The notes: generated by a model from the letters alone, not told the origin. Shown: positions 1 through 8,571, numbered from the stretch's first letter. The stretch: 21,250 nt of DNA from Candidatus Hermodarchaeota archaeon (GCA_016839365.1 JAEOUH010000012.1:1-21250), one strand, 5' to 3'. A program made the numbers and translations.

Positions 1-1
1 A

Positions 2-88
2 ACGAGTCTGGGTGAAGTTCTTACAGCCTTTAAGGAAAACCAATTAGTGGAATTAACGGAAGGATGCCGGGAAGCACGTCATAAATAA
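2..88 (+). CDS. 3' end of probable NifB/NifX-family (dinitrogenase Fe-Mo cofactor-like) protein, truncated by the window edge
   Basis: Frame 2 reads TSLGEVLTAFKENQLVELTEGCREARHK* (TAA 86-88). This resembles the 'TVEEAIxAYxEGxL' C-terminal helix of NifB/NifX proteins, which typically precede MinD-ferredoxin ATPase pairs. Confidence 0.55.
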   Translation, partial: TSLGEVLTAFKENQLVELTEGCREARHK

Positions 89-127
89 TGAGTGCTCAGA
101 TCCCGTATTTTCAAAGGTGTAGTTAAT

Positions 128-973
128 GTGAAAATTGCCATTGCTAGCGGAAAGGGTGGAACGGGAAAAACATCGCTTGCTGTGAATCTTGCCCTTTCTT
201 TGTCTGGACTTGTGCAGGTATTAGACTGTGACGCAGATGAGCCTAATGTGCACACCCTTCTTCCCTTGAATGAAGAAACAGTTGAACCTGTATACACGCT
301 TGTGCCCGAGTTTGACCAAGGAAAGTGTGCTCAATCAAAGGAATGTGCAAAATTCTGCCCCAACCATGCCATCTTTGCTGGGAAAAATGGTGTCAGTTTC
401 TTTCCAGAACTATGCATCGGTTGTGGAGGCTGTATTTTAACATGCCCAAATCAAGCAATCAAGGAGGGACAACGTAAGTTAGGAGTAATCCACAGTGGAA
501 GAACAAAGGAAGGAGTGCATGTCGTTTACGGTGAATTAGATGTAGGTGAACCTCTGGTTGTCCCAGTAATCAAGGCTGTAAAAGAACGAGCAAGCATGGT
601 GAACGGGACGAACGTGATTATCGATTGCCCACCTGGAGTATCTTGTCCCATGGTGGAATCAGTTCACGGTTCAGATTATGCAATCTTGGTTACAGAACCT
701 ACACCCTTTGGTTTACATGATTTACGGCTAGCCATCGATACAATCCGCCAGCTTGAGATTCCTATCGGAGTTATTGTTAACCGGGCAGGAATTGGTGATC
801 AGCAGGTCTACTCCTACTGCTCTAGTGAGCAGCTTCCTATCCTACTAGAAATCCCCCATAGTCGAAGAATCGCTGAATTATTCTCCGAAGGTATTCCATT
901 TGTGACCCAACTAACGGAATGGAAGTCGAAACTGGAGGATGTTTTCCACACGATTCAGGAGAGGATTTGTTAA
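128..973 (+). CDS. MinD/ParA-superfamily P-loop ATPase with inserted 4Fe-4S ferredoxin domain
   Basis: GTG start at 128 after AGGTG. Deviant Walker A SGKGGTGKT, DCDADEPN, ferredoxin motifs (CAQSKECAKFCP, CIGCGGCILTCP), IIDCPPG and VTEPTPFGLHDL. Confidence 0.92.
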   Translation: MKIAIASGKGGTGKTSLAVNLALSLSGLVQVLDCDADEPNVHTLLPLNEETVEPVYTLVPEFDQGKCAQSKECAKFCPNHAIFAGKNGVSFFPELCIGCGGCILTCPNQAIKEGQRKLGVIHSGRTKEGVHVVYGELDVGEPLVVPVIKAVKERASMVNGTNVIIDCPPGVSCPMVESVHGSDYAILVTEPTPFGLHDLRLAIDTIRQLEIPIGVIVNRAGIGDQQVYSYCSSEQLPILLEIPHSRRIAELFSEGIPFVTQLTEWKSKLEDVFHTIQERIC

Positions 974-1851
974 TGAAAGAACTGGTCATAGTAAGTGGAA
1001 AAGGTGGAACAGGTAAGACATCGATTACGGCAGCCTTGGCAGTTTTAACCTCTAATGCAATCTTAGCTGATTGTGATGTCGATGCGCCAAATCTACATCT
1101 CCTGCTAGCACCAGAGATTAAATCTTCCGAAGAATTTGTAGAGGCAAAGGTCGCGGTAATTGATTCTGAATTATGTAGGAGTTGTGGTGTCTGTGAAACA
1201 ACTTGTAAGTTCGATGCAATCGCCCCAGATTTTCGAGTTGACCCGATTATGTGCGAAGGATGTGGTGTCTGTTATATCAGTTGTCCATACAATGCCATTG
1301 CGATGAGGGAGCGACTTTCAGGGTATATTTACACCTCTGAGACAAAGTATGGTCCAATGGCTCATGCCCTATTACTCGCAGGCGAGAGTAATTCTGGAAA
1401 ATTAGTAACACGTGTTCGAGAACTTGCTTCAAAATTAGCATTACAAAATAACAAAGACCTAATCATAATTGATGGGCCACCTGGTATAGCTTGCGCCGCG
1501 ATCTCTGCAATCACTGGAACATCAGCAGGTCTGGTTGTTACAGAGCCAACAGTAGCAGCCATTCATGACCTAGAACGTGTCCTAAAACTGTTCGAGCATT
1601 TTCGCATCCCAGTAATGGTTCTAATAAATAAAGCCGATTTGAATCACAAGAAAACACTTGAAATTATGAAATATTGTACACAAAATGGAATACCCATTGT
1701 AGGGAAATTAATCTATGATACCATCATGTACAAAGCTGTCGTGTCGGGCCGTCCGATAGTCGAATATGCTCCATCGAATAGCCTTTCTAATAATTTAGAA
1801 GAAATCTGGAAAAAGATTGAGCAACAGCTTGATACTCACAATGAAGATTAA
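973..1851 (+). CDS. Second MinD-superfamily P-loop ATPase with ferredoxin insert
   Basis: ATG overlaps the upstream stop (TAATG 971-975). Motifs SGKGGTGKT, DCDVDAPN, CRSCGVC..CK, CEGCGVC..CP, IIDGPPG, VTEPT. Confidence 0.93.
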   Translation: MKELVIVSGKGGTGKTSITAALAVLTSNAILADCDVDAPNLHLLLAPEIKSSEEFVEAKVAVIDSELCRSCGVCETTCKFDAIAPDFRVDPIMCEGCGVCYISCPYNAIAMRERLSGYIYTSETKYGPMAHALLLAGESNSGKLVTRVRELASKLALQNNKDLIIIDGPPGIACAAISAITGTSAGLVVTEPTVAAIHDLERVLKLFEHFRIPVMVLINKADLNHKKTLEIMKYCTQNGIPIVGKLIYDTIMYKAVVSGRPIVEYAPSNSLSNNLEEIWKKIEQQLDTHNED

Positions 1852-1894
1852 AGGATCACTTGTATTCGATTCGGACCTTCTAGATTTGCAGATG

Positions 1895-2191
1895 TTATTT
1901 TCCAACTCTTATTCCACAACTTGGACAATAATTAGCATTCACTGGCAGGGGGGCGCTGCACTTGGTGCAGAAGTTTATACCAGTTGTGAATTGGTTGGGG
2001 AATTGAATAGTAGGTTCGGAGTCTGTTTGTTGATTTTGTTGCTGTGGGTTTAGATTCCAACAACTACCAGGTCCGTAGAGCCATCCTGGGCGTTGCCATG
2101 GTGGTAAGTGTGAGAATGGACCATTTCCTGGCCATTGACCCTGATTACGGCCTTGACCTCGTCCACGTCCTCGATTACCTCGTTGCCACAT
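1895..2191 (-). CDS. Small RG-rich protein (DUF5320-like N-terminus) with C-terminal zinc ribbon
   Basis: ATG at 2191 with AGGTGA RBS upstream. RGRGRG start, PGNGPFSHLPPWQRPGWLYG motif, CTKC...CPSC zinc ribbon. The family name is from memory. Confidence 0.7.
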   Translation of the reverse strand: MWQRGNRGRGRGQGRNQGQWPGNGPFSHLPPWQRPGWLYGPGSCWNLNPQQQNQQTDSEPTIQFPNQFTTGINFCTKCSAPLPVNANYCPSCGIRVGK

Positions 2192-2207
2192 TTGGTTTAT
2201 CACCTCT

Positions 2208-2250
2208 TTTTGTGTTTATGCACATAACTATTTTGTGTTTATGCACAGAA
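2208..2250. promoter_or_regulatory. Tandem pseudo-palindromic operator pair
   Basis: Perfect 17-bp direct repeat TTTTGTGTTTATGCACA at 2208-2224 and 2231-2247 (period 23). Each sits in a 20-bp TT.TGTG-N6-CACA.AA pseudo-palindrome, just downstream of the minus-strand TATA (TTTATATA, 2259-2252). Confidence 0.75.
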
Positions 2251-2291
2251 ATATATAAATCTATCCGATGGGCAATTCATGACGGATTAAA

Positions 2292-2618
2292 ATGAGATAT
2301 CGTCGAGGATGGCGGGGCCGAGGTCGCCCGCCAAAACCAGTCAGTTTGGGAGAAATACCTGCACCAACCTCATTTATCCCTACCGAGGTCAAGAACGCGC
2401 TTCCAATTCAGGTTTTTGCATCAGAGCTTGAAGCAATGCGACTTGTTGATAAGCTTGGGCTTGAACAAAAAGATGCAGGAAAAAAGATGGGTGTTTCGAG
2501 AGGAACCATATGGCGGCTTCTTCAGAGTGGGCGAAAGAAGGTTATTACAGCACTGTCGGAGAGCCGTCCGCTCACTATTGTTGTGGAGGAAAATATACTT
2601 GCCGATGATCAATGCTGA
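2292..2618 (+). CDS. DUF134 (UPF0251) HTH DNA-binding protein
   Basis: RGRPPK N-terminus, ELEAMRLVD...LEQKDAGKKMGVSRGTIWRLLQSGRKKV signature. Typical neighbour of NifX/MinD-Fdx clusters. Confidence 0.88.
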   Translation: MRYRRGWRGRGRPPKPVSLGEIPAPTSFIPTEVKNALPIQVFASELEAMRLVDKLGLEQKDAGKKMGVSRGTIWRLLQSGRKKVITALSESRPLTIVVEENILADDQC

Positions 2619-2776
2619 GATAGTTTCATGGGGATTTGAGAAAGGCAAGGAGATATGGCTTAAGTCTACAGACCTGTGATGGCGTAGCGTTTTTAATTTC
2701 ACAACTACGTCGAACTTACCAAATTATTACAAGACAACACCAGAAGAAAGTATTCTATTTTTCGCCAATTTAGGAT

Positions 2777-4042
2777 CTAATTTTTCTTCTTGAAATATTT
2801 CCCTGGATCTTCCCGGTATACTTTCTCAACAGTTTTATTAGCTCCTGGTGTATCCAATTCTAAATCGCGTTTTGTTCCTTTGGATTCTTTTAGAACTTCT
2901 TTGAATGTATCGCTTTGAATGATTAATCGCATGATTTCACTACTTCCTGTCCAAATTGTAGCAAGGCGTGCATCGCGAAACAATCGTTCGATGGGATAGA
3001 CATCAGTATAGCCAATTCCTCCAAGAATCTGCATAGAGTCGGATACAGTTTGATAACAGGTTTCAGTGGCGAAAAGCTTGGCCTGGGATACAGCTTTACG
3101 ACTCGGTTGTCCTGCATCGGCGAGTCGGGCTGCCCGGTAAACTAGCCCCCGTGCGGCATCTAGAGAAGTAGTGCAGTCGGCGATTTTGAAACTTATGCCC
3201 TGATAACGACTTATGGTGTGTCCAAAGGCTTCGCGTCGGGCTGCATAACGAATAGCGAGTTCTAAAGCCGCTCGTCCGAGACCAATAGCCCCAGCCGCAG
3301 AAGTAAGTCGCTCTGGAACCATCATGGCATTGAATATATCCGTGGCGCTATCAAGTTCACCAATTAGGTTCTCTTTGGGGACTTCAATATCCTTCATGAC
3401 GATACGAGCGGCACCCATTCCACGACACCCCATAAGGCTATAATGCTCATCCACTTCTACGCCCATTTCCCGATCCACGAGAAAGGCACTCATCGATTGA
3501 TGTGGCGGGGCTTTGGTATTGGTTTTTGCATAAATCAAGAAGTAGTCCGCCCCGATGCCACCCGCTACGAACCGCTTCTCACCATTAATGATAAAATGGT
3601 CACCTTGAGGAATGGCGGATGTAATCGTTCCGAAGAAATCGGAGCCACCCCGGGGTTCAGTTAACCCTTCGGCACAAATCTTTTCCCCCCGTAGCGTGGG
3701 AGCAAGATACCTCTTTTTCTGATCTTCTGTTCCGAAGATATCGATGGCTTCACCAACAATGCTTGGAAGGGAATATGCACAGCCTAGGGCGATACCTAAC
3801 ACACCTATTTCTTCGATGGCTAGCATTTCGGAGACCCAGTTGAGGCCACGTCCGTTATACTCTTTGGGAAACCGTAATCCAATTAAATTCGATTTTGTGG
3901 CTGATTTGATGAAATCATAGGGGTATTCTTGCTCGTTTCCATCCATACGGATAATGAGATTGGGATCGACTTTATCACGGACAAATGCTCGGACTTCATC
4001 ACGGAGCTGTCTTTCAGTATCGGTTAGTAGTACATCAAACAT
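2777..4042 (-). CDS. Acyl-CoA dehydrogenase
   Basis: GLTEPRGGSD, INGEKRFV, R..FG..I..YQGI, QILGGIGY..VYPIERLFRDAR..TIWTGSSEIMR. Confidence 0.95.
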   Translation of the reverse strand: MFDVLLTDTERQLRDEVRAFVRDKVDPNLIIRMDGNEQEYPYDFIKSATKSNLIGLRFPKEYNGRGLNWVSEMLAIEEIGVLGIALGCAYSLPSIVGEAIDIFGTEDQKKRYLAPTLRGEKICAEGLTEPRGGSDFFGTITSAIPQGDHFIINGEKRFVAGGIGADYFLIYAKTNTKAPPHQSMSAFLVDREMGVEVDEHYSLMGCRGMGAARIVMKDIEVPKENLIGELDSATDIFNAMMVPERLTSAAGAIGLGRAALELAIRYAARREAFGHTISRYQGISFKIADCTTSLDAARGLVYRAARLADAGQPSRKAVSQAKLFATETCYQTVSDSMQILGGIGYTDVYPIERLFRDARLATIWTGSSEIMRLIIQSDTFKEVLKESKGTKRDLELDTPGANKTVEKVYREDPGKYFKKKN

Positions 4043-4092
4043 CTGTGCATCTTCCTCTTAGATAATTGAGGTGAATGATGTTCTTATGTGTG

Positions 4093-4428
4093 TTAATCCA
4101 ATAAAGCGCTTAAGGTATCCGATTCTTGTGGCTTTCGCATGATGAAAATTGCTTCTTCGGGGCAAACCAGCTCACAGGCTAGACAGTCAAGGCAGGCGGA
4201 CTCATTTACCGGGTCAGCTTTCAGGAGGCTAGAGGATACCTCCAACAGCTCAAAGACTTCTTCAGGACATAGTTTCAAACACTTCATACAGCCTGTGCAT
4301 TCATCGAAATCCACGGCCACCCGTGTTCCATGGATGCCTAACTCCGACGTTTTTGAATGCCAAACTGAATGATTTCGATGGGTCTCGGTTTGCTTCCAGG
4401 TGGTTTGGAAGGATCGATCAATAGGCAT
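4093..4428 (-). CDS. zfx: Zinc-containing dicluster ferredoxin (Zfx-type)
   Basis: MPID..F...HxxH...LGIHGTRVAVDFDEC...KADPVNE..C matches the Sulfolobus/Thermoplasma Zn-ferredoxin layout (three His plus Asp as Zn ligands). Two CxxCxxCxxxCP motifs. Alternative start at 4440. Confidence 0.8.
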   Translation of the reverse strand: MPIDRSFQTTWKQTETHRNHSVWHSKTSELGIHGTRVAVDFDECTGCMKCLKLCPEEVFELLEVSSSLLKADPVNESACLDCLACELVCPEEAIFIMRKPQESDTLSALLD

Positions 4429-4569
4429 TGAACGCACCATCTCGAATATATGAAGTAACAGAAGATGAGAGGAGTTAATTGTCTAATAGTACCCGTACAT
4501 CTTAAGTAGAGTGACTGTTCGAGGAGCACATATTCTCTGATAGCAAATAGAAAAAAGTGTGTAGGTGGG

Positions 4570-5103
4570 GTGTTGGCGATTTCTTTACCGTCATCTATAG
4601 AGATCATGCCCCTTTCAAAGAACAACCTCAAGCAGGCAGCACGTATCTATGCTCAGGGATTATTGATGGAAACACCTCCTGGGTCGACTGAGCCCCTAGA
4701 TGAATTGGTTGAAGCGCTTGAACTACATCTGCAAATTGCCCTTCAAGAAGAAGAAAAGCGCATCATTTGGCTGGCTATAAAAAATAACGTCGTAAAAGGA
4801 CTTCTCGACTTTTTTCATCGTTCATCTGAACTTGTTATTCGATTCATTTGTGCAATCCCACCCCGTCAAGGAATTGGAAGCTTACTGCTTTATCATCTAG
4901 CCCAGTATGGATTACGGCATCAGATTGGGCTGATTACAGCTACAGTGAGTTCACTTGATGTACGCGCTCAGCAGTTTTATTTTACTCATCTTGGATTTCA
5001 GAGAGCAGCCAGTCGTTTCGATGAGATGGGTTTAGAACTGTTTTTGGCAGAGGTTTCACCGCATGCTTTGATAGGTGTAATTAAGGAGATTGATGAAAAA
5101 TAG
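4570..5103 (+). CDS. GNAT-family N-acetyltransferase
   Basis: Acetyl-CoA motif PRQGIGSLLL and AQQFY..LGF. Exact start uncertain (4570/4573/4606). Confidence 0.8.
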   Translation: MLAISLPSSIEIMPLSKNNLKQAARIYAQGLLMETPPGSTEPLDELVEALELHLQIALQEEEKRIIWLAIKNNVVKGLLDFFHRSSELVIRFICAIPPRQGIGSLLLYHLAQYGLRHQIGLITATVSSLDVRAQQFYFTHLGFQRAASRFDEMGLELFLAEVSPHALIGVIKEIDEK

Positions 5104-5112
5104 GAAGGAGGT

Positions 5113-5141
5113 CCTTCACGCGCTTTGATTGAACGTGAAGG
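5113..5141. terminator. Hairpin between convergent GNAT and SSB1 genes
   Basis: Perfect 8-bp stem CCTTCACG (5113-5120) / CGTGAAGG (5134-5141) with a 13-nt loop. Confidence 0.5.
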
Positions 5142-5164
5142 CCGCCAAGAAGAGGTAGGAAGAC

Positions 5165-5680
5165 TTAGTAGCGACGACCACGGTCACGCCGGTCGCCACG
5201 GTCGCCACGGTCGCCACGGTCGCCACGGTCACCACGGTCACGCCGGTCGCCTCGCTGGTATCCACCGCCACCGCGTCCGCCAAAACTTCGTCGCCGATAT
5301 CGGGGCTGCTCGTGTTCTGCAGCCGACATATCGTTTTCGGCATCAACTTCTTCGATAGAATCCTCAGCTTCACTGATCTCTCCGTATCGACCGATGTTCA
5401 AACGAAGGTGGCCCTGAAAAAGGCTAGTATAGCCCTTTTCTAATCGGTAGGTTTTATCGACTTCGACGGCGTCAATGTTATCGTCCCAAAGGCTCAAGAG
5501 TACTGTTCCAGTTGCGTCACCTGCGGTTGCATCAAGCACACGGTGAGTTTCTCCGTCACGTCGGGATGTAACTTCGCGTTCTTCACCCTTTTCGATGACC
5601 TTGAAGGTGATGTTCAAACTTTTCATAAAAGGTCGCAATTCTGCGACTGTAGCCTCTACAGGCTCTCGATCATAGCTCAT
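5165..5680 (-). CDS. ssb: Crenarchaeal-type single OB-fold ssDNA/RNA-binding protein (SSB paralogue 1) with (RGD)n tail
   Basis: TVAELRPFMKSLNITFKVIE...GDATGTVLLSLWDD...GYTSLFQGHLRLNIG resembles Sulfolobus SSB. Start set at ATG 5680 (or GTG 5692) by comparison with the paralogue at 18921. Confidence 0.88.
   Translation of the reverse strand: MSYDREPVEATVAELRPFMKSLNITFKVIEKGEEREVTSRRDGETHRVLDATAGDATGTVLLSLWDDNIDAVEVDKTYRLEKGYTSLFQGHLRLNIGRYGEISEAEDSIEEVDAENDMSAAEHEQPRYRRRSFGGRGGGGYQRGDRRDRGDRGDRGDRGDRGDRRDRGRRY
5181..5252. repeat. 9-bp coding tandem repeat (8 units, CGGTCGCCA consensus)
   Basis: Units start at 5181, 5190, 5199, 5208, 5217, 5226, 5235 and 5244. They encode the RGD/RRD repeats on the minus strand. 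Confidence 0.9.
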
Positions 5681-5822
5681 TTTCGGTACCACGTTGCTTC
5701 GGTTACCAGGTTTCCAATACAAATCCTTCCTTGGGGTCTGCCGCAATGTGGGGTAGCCACAAGAGAATACGATTCGAAATATGGGACCTGCTTCTCTCCC
5801 CAAACCAACTCGACTATAAAAA
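5681..5822 (-). promoter_or_regulatory. TATA box plus ~110-nt conserved structured leader of SSB1
   Basis: TTTTTATA (5822-5815). Blocks GAATCGTAT (5775-5767), TTGGAAACCTG (5717-5707) and ACGTGGTACCGAAA (5694-5681) are shared with the SSB2 leader. Confidence 0.65.
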
Positions 5823-5972
5823 GGCTACGGGCAGCTCCTTTCTCCAATTAGTCTCTCCTTAGCATTCTCGGAAAGGATAAATAGCCGCCATATAATACTG
5901 GGAGCCGTTAACCCGAAATGAAAGACCTCAAGATCATACCCGTTTACAATACACGGTTGGTCGGTGATACAA

Positions 5973-6185
5973 ATGACTGAAGTAAATCCCCTTTTGGATA
6001 ATTGTAAGCCAAAGCGAGTGCATCTAGAGAAGGAAAAAGCGACCGATTTGAGCCTGGGTATCGATGAGCTGTTGGAAACAAATGCTATGCACCGTGTCGT
6101 GAGCTATCAAGAGGCCTTACGGATGATTAAGCAGTTCACCTACATCATCAAAGACTGCAATTATGTGATTGAACCTGAGAATTAA
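5973..6185 (+). CDS. Hypothetical protein (~70 aa)
   Basis: GGTGA RBS at 5963 before ATG 5973. It fills the gap ahead of the flavin reductase. No recognisable motif. Confidence 0.55.
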   Translation: MTEVNPLLDNCKPKRVHLEKEKATDLSLGIDELLETNAMHRVVSYQEALRMIKQFTYIIKDCNYVIEPEN

Positions 6186-6227
6186 GACAGTATGGTGTCC
6201 GGGAGTTTCTGGTTGGAGCTGAGTAAA

Positions 6228-6932
6228 GTGGACACGGAGTTGGATATGTCAGTGCTGTACCTTCTCAGCTATGGGATGTACGTTGTGGCAGCAAAAGCAG
6301 GTGACAAGATTAACGGCCAAATCGTGAATACAGTTTTTCAAATCACTGCGACTCCACCCCGAATTGCCGTGAGCATTAACAGGGAGAATTTGACCCACGA
6401 ACTCATATCCCAAAGCGGAATGTTTTCAGTTTCAATTCTAGATAATGAAACGCCCTTGGCCTTTATTGGACAGTTTGGATTTCGTTCTGGACGCGAGATG
6501 AATAAGATGGAACATGTCACACATTTAGAGGGTATCAATAGCTGTCCTGTGGTAGTTGATAACGCGCTTGCATATCTTGAAGTGAAGGTCACAAATCAGG
6601 TTGAAGTCGACACACATACCATCTTTATTGGCGAGGTCAAAACTGCTAAACGCCTGAAAGAAGGCACCCCCCTAACATACGATTATTATCACCAAGTGAA
6701 AGGCGGAAAGACCTCCAAACGGGCAGCCACCTACATACCACCAACAACAGAACCAGCATCAACACCTGAAAAGCGGGGTAGGTTCCAGTGTGAAGTCTGT
6801 CAATGGATCTATGACCCAACAATAGGTGACCCTGAACACGGCATTGCCCCTGGCACCCCATTTGAGGACATCCCAGATGATTGGGTCTGTCCTGTATGTG
6901 GAGCCAGTAAGAGCCAGTTTAGACCAATCTAA
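6228..6932 (+). CDS. Flavin reductase-rubredoxin fusion (high-molecular-weight rubredoxin-like)
   Basis: [56 protein letters not shown]-terminal rubredoxin CEVC.WIYDP..GD...[21 protein letters not shown]. Start uncertain (6192/6228/6240). Confidence 0.92.
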   Translation: MDTELDMSVLYLLSYGMYVVAAKAGDKINGQIVNTVFQITATPPRIAVSINRENLTHELISQSGMFSVSILDNETPLAFIGQFGFRSGREMNKMEHVTHLEGINSCPVVVDNALAYLEVKVTNQVEVDTHTIFIGEVKTAKRLKEGTPLTYDYYHQVKGGKTSKRAATYIPPTTEPASTPEKRGRFQCEVCQWIYDPTIGDPEHGIAPGTPFEDIPDDWVCPVCGASKSQFRPI

Positions 6933-7000
6933 ACGGGTTTCTAAGAATAGCGTAACAAATAATAAGTGAGGCTAGTTCTTCGAAGAAGGTGGTGGTGCTT

Positions 7001-7453
7001 ATGGGTATGCCTGAAGTTGGGCAAGCTGCCCCAAATTTTGTTGGGATTACTGATGATGATTCGGAACTTGAGTTAAATACATTGAAAGGCAACATCGTGG
7101 TTTTGTACTTTTATCCTAAGGCTTACACACCAGGGTGCACGAAGGAAGCCTGCTCTTTTCGTGATAACATGATTCGGCTAACGGGGATTGGCGTTAAAGT
7201 AGTTGGTGTGAGTACAGACGGTGTGAGGAGGCAGGCGGGATTTAAAGCCAAACATGAGCTATCATTTCCATTAATTGCTGATGCAGACAAAAAAATCGTG
7301 GAACTTTATGATGTGAAAGGAATAGCCGGTATAGCGAAGCGCGTGACCTTTCTCATCGACCGTGAAGGCGTTATTCAATTCGTCTGGCCCAAGGTAAGCG
7401 TAACAGGACACGTGGATGAAATCATTACTAAAATTGAAGAACTTAAACTGTAA
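7001..7453 (+). CDS. bcp: Peroxiredoxin, BCP/PrxQ subfamily
   Basis: VVLYFYPKAYTPGCTKEACSFRD with CxxxxC, and RVTFLID..G. Confidence 0.95.
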   Translation: MGMPEVGQAAPNFVGITDDDSELELNTLKGNIVVLYFYPKAYTPGCTKEACSFRDNMIRLTGIGVKVVGVSTDGVRRQAGFKAKHELSFPLIADADKKIVELYDVKGIAGIAKRVTFLIDREGVIQFVWPKVSVTGHVDEIITKIEELKL

Positions 7454-7468
7454 CAAAACCTGTTTCGC

Positions 7469-7729
7469 TTACGTTGCTTGTTCCTTTGGATAGACTTTGA
7501 GTGCATCGTTTGGGCAGGCTTCAATGCAGGCGTTGCAACCGTTGCAGAACATTTGCATCGCTGGCGAAATCACATATTCCGTTGGGATAATCTCTTCTTC
7601 GCGGTTTGGCGCATACAATGCAAATACGGCCTGGGGGCAGACGCGAAGACAGCGGCTGCAGTCAATGGGGTTTTGACACTTATCGTTACTCCATTCTACC
7701 TTGTAGTAGTTTTGCACGGTTACCACCAA
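7469..7729 (-). CDS. Small 2x[4Fe-4S] ferredoxin
   Basis: CQNPIDCSRCLRVCP and CNGCNACIEACP. Overlaps the upstream gene by 10 nt. Confidence 0.85.
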   Translation of the reverse strand: MVVTVQNYYKVEWSNDKCQNPIDCSRCLRVCPQAVFALYAPNREEEIIPTEYVISPAMQMFCNGCNACIEACPNDALKVYPKEQAT

Positions 7730-8571
7730 TCCTTTAATGCAGGCAGCGATTCCCGCTCAATGAGCTCAATAGCCCTTTCTGGACACGTCTCATGGCAAAG
7801 ACCACAGCCATAACACTTCCACATATCGATGTTCGCGCGTTCGGTGGCATTTGAAAAGGTTACTGCACCAAATTGACAACGGGACAGACATTCCCGGCAT
7901 CCTGAGCATTTGTCAACATCAACTTTGGCAACCCAATGGCTTCGGATGATGTATTTGAACCCCATATCAACCCGAGGACGTAAGGCAATACAGTAAGGCA
8001 ATTCACAGTTGCACACAGCCATCGCCATTGGAAGCGGTGTTCCTGCAAGAGTATGAACACGCCCTTCTTGGTTGAATTTACGAGTCAGAGCTATGGCTTC
8101 ATCAACACTTATGCGCTCCACTTTTTCGTCCTTAGAGGGAAACATTTCAGCGGTTTCTCCATGTAGCCCTAGCGGAATACAGCACCGGTCATTTGCACCA
8201 TTTATCATTTTTCGGCAAAGACACTCAATTAGATAAGGTTCTCCTGACAGCTTGATGAGCCCTTCGATTTCTTCCCTTGTTAGAACCTGAGCGCCGTGTC
8301 CTTGTGGAAAAGTATAGGTAACATCTTCTGTGAGGGGATGAATCGAGAAGATCATGTCATCCATCATTTTTCTGATGCTTTCCGCCATCGCTGGATTCGC
8401 CATGGAGTCTCCAGCTTGAGCCGCAAGCTGGGCATATTGTTGGTGAACGTAGTGCCAATGGTCTTTTTCCCAGGGTTCAAAGCCCATTTCTTTCGCATAT
8501 TTGACTTCGACGTGACGTTTGACTTCAAACCACTTTTTACCGCCACCATGGGCTGTACAGATTTTACACAT
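7720..8571 (-). CDS. Cys-rich Fe-S protein with C-terminal dicluster ferredoxin domain
   Basis: N-terminal CKICTAH, central CLCR..CC and CNC..YC, C-terminal CSGCRECLSRC and CYGCGLCHETCP. Confidence 0.8.
   Translation of the reverse strand: MCKICTAHGGGKKWFEVKRHVEVKYAKEMGFEPWEKDHWHYVHQQYAQLAAQAGDSMANPAMAESIRKMMDDMIFSIHPLTEDVTYTFPQGHGAQVLTREEIEGLIKLSGEPYLIECLCRKMINGANDRCCIPLGLHGETAEMFPSKDEKVERISVDEAIALTRKFNQEGRVHTLAGTPLPMAMAVCNCELPYCIALRPRVDMGFKYIIRSHWVAKVDVDKCSGCRECLSRCQFGAVTFSNATERANIDMWKCYGCGLCHETCPERAIELIERESLPALKDWW

Noticed and set aside
2613-2640. Cys-TGA at the end of DUF134 as a selenocysteine readthrough
   Set aside because: The domain is already complete, only a few codons follow, and no SECIS-like element was recognised.
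5181-5252. RGD repeats as integrin-binding motifs, or the repeat as a CRISPR array
   Set aside because: The protein is a cytoplasmic OB-fold protein with no signal peptide. The repeat is a spacer-less 9-mer inside a CDS.
5125-5358. His-rich (HGR)n ORF on the plus strand and VAT-repeat ORF 5116-5373
   Set aside because: Shadow frames of the SSB1 repeat. The same applies to 19030-19398 and 19246-19563 over SSB2.
5681-5803. N-terminal extension of SSB1 to 5803 in the ORF track
   Set aside because: The paralogue has no such open frame, and the 5803 start lies only ~12 nt from the TATA box, upstream of the likely TSS.
5900-5910. GGGAGCC matches here and near 18717 as extra copies of the lrp module
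   Set aside because: Only 7 bp match, with no flanking blocks; expected by chance.
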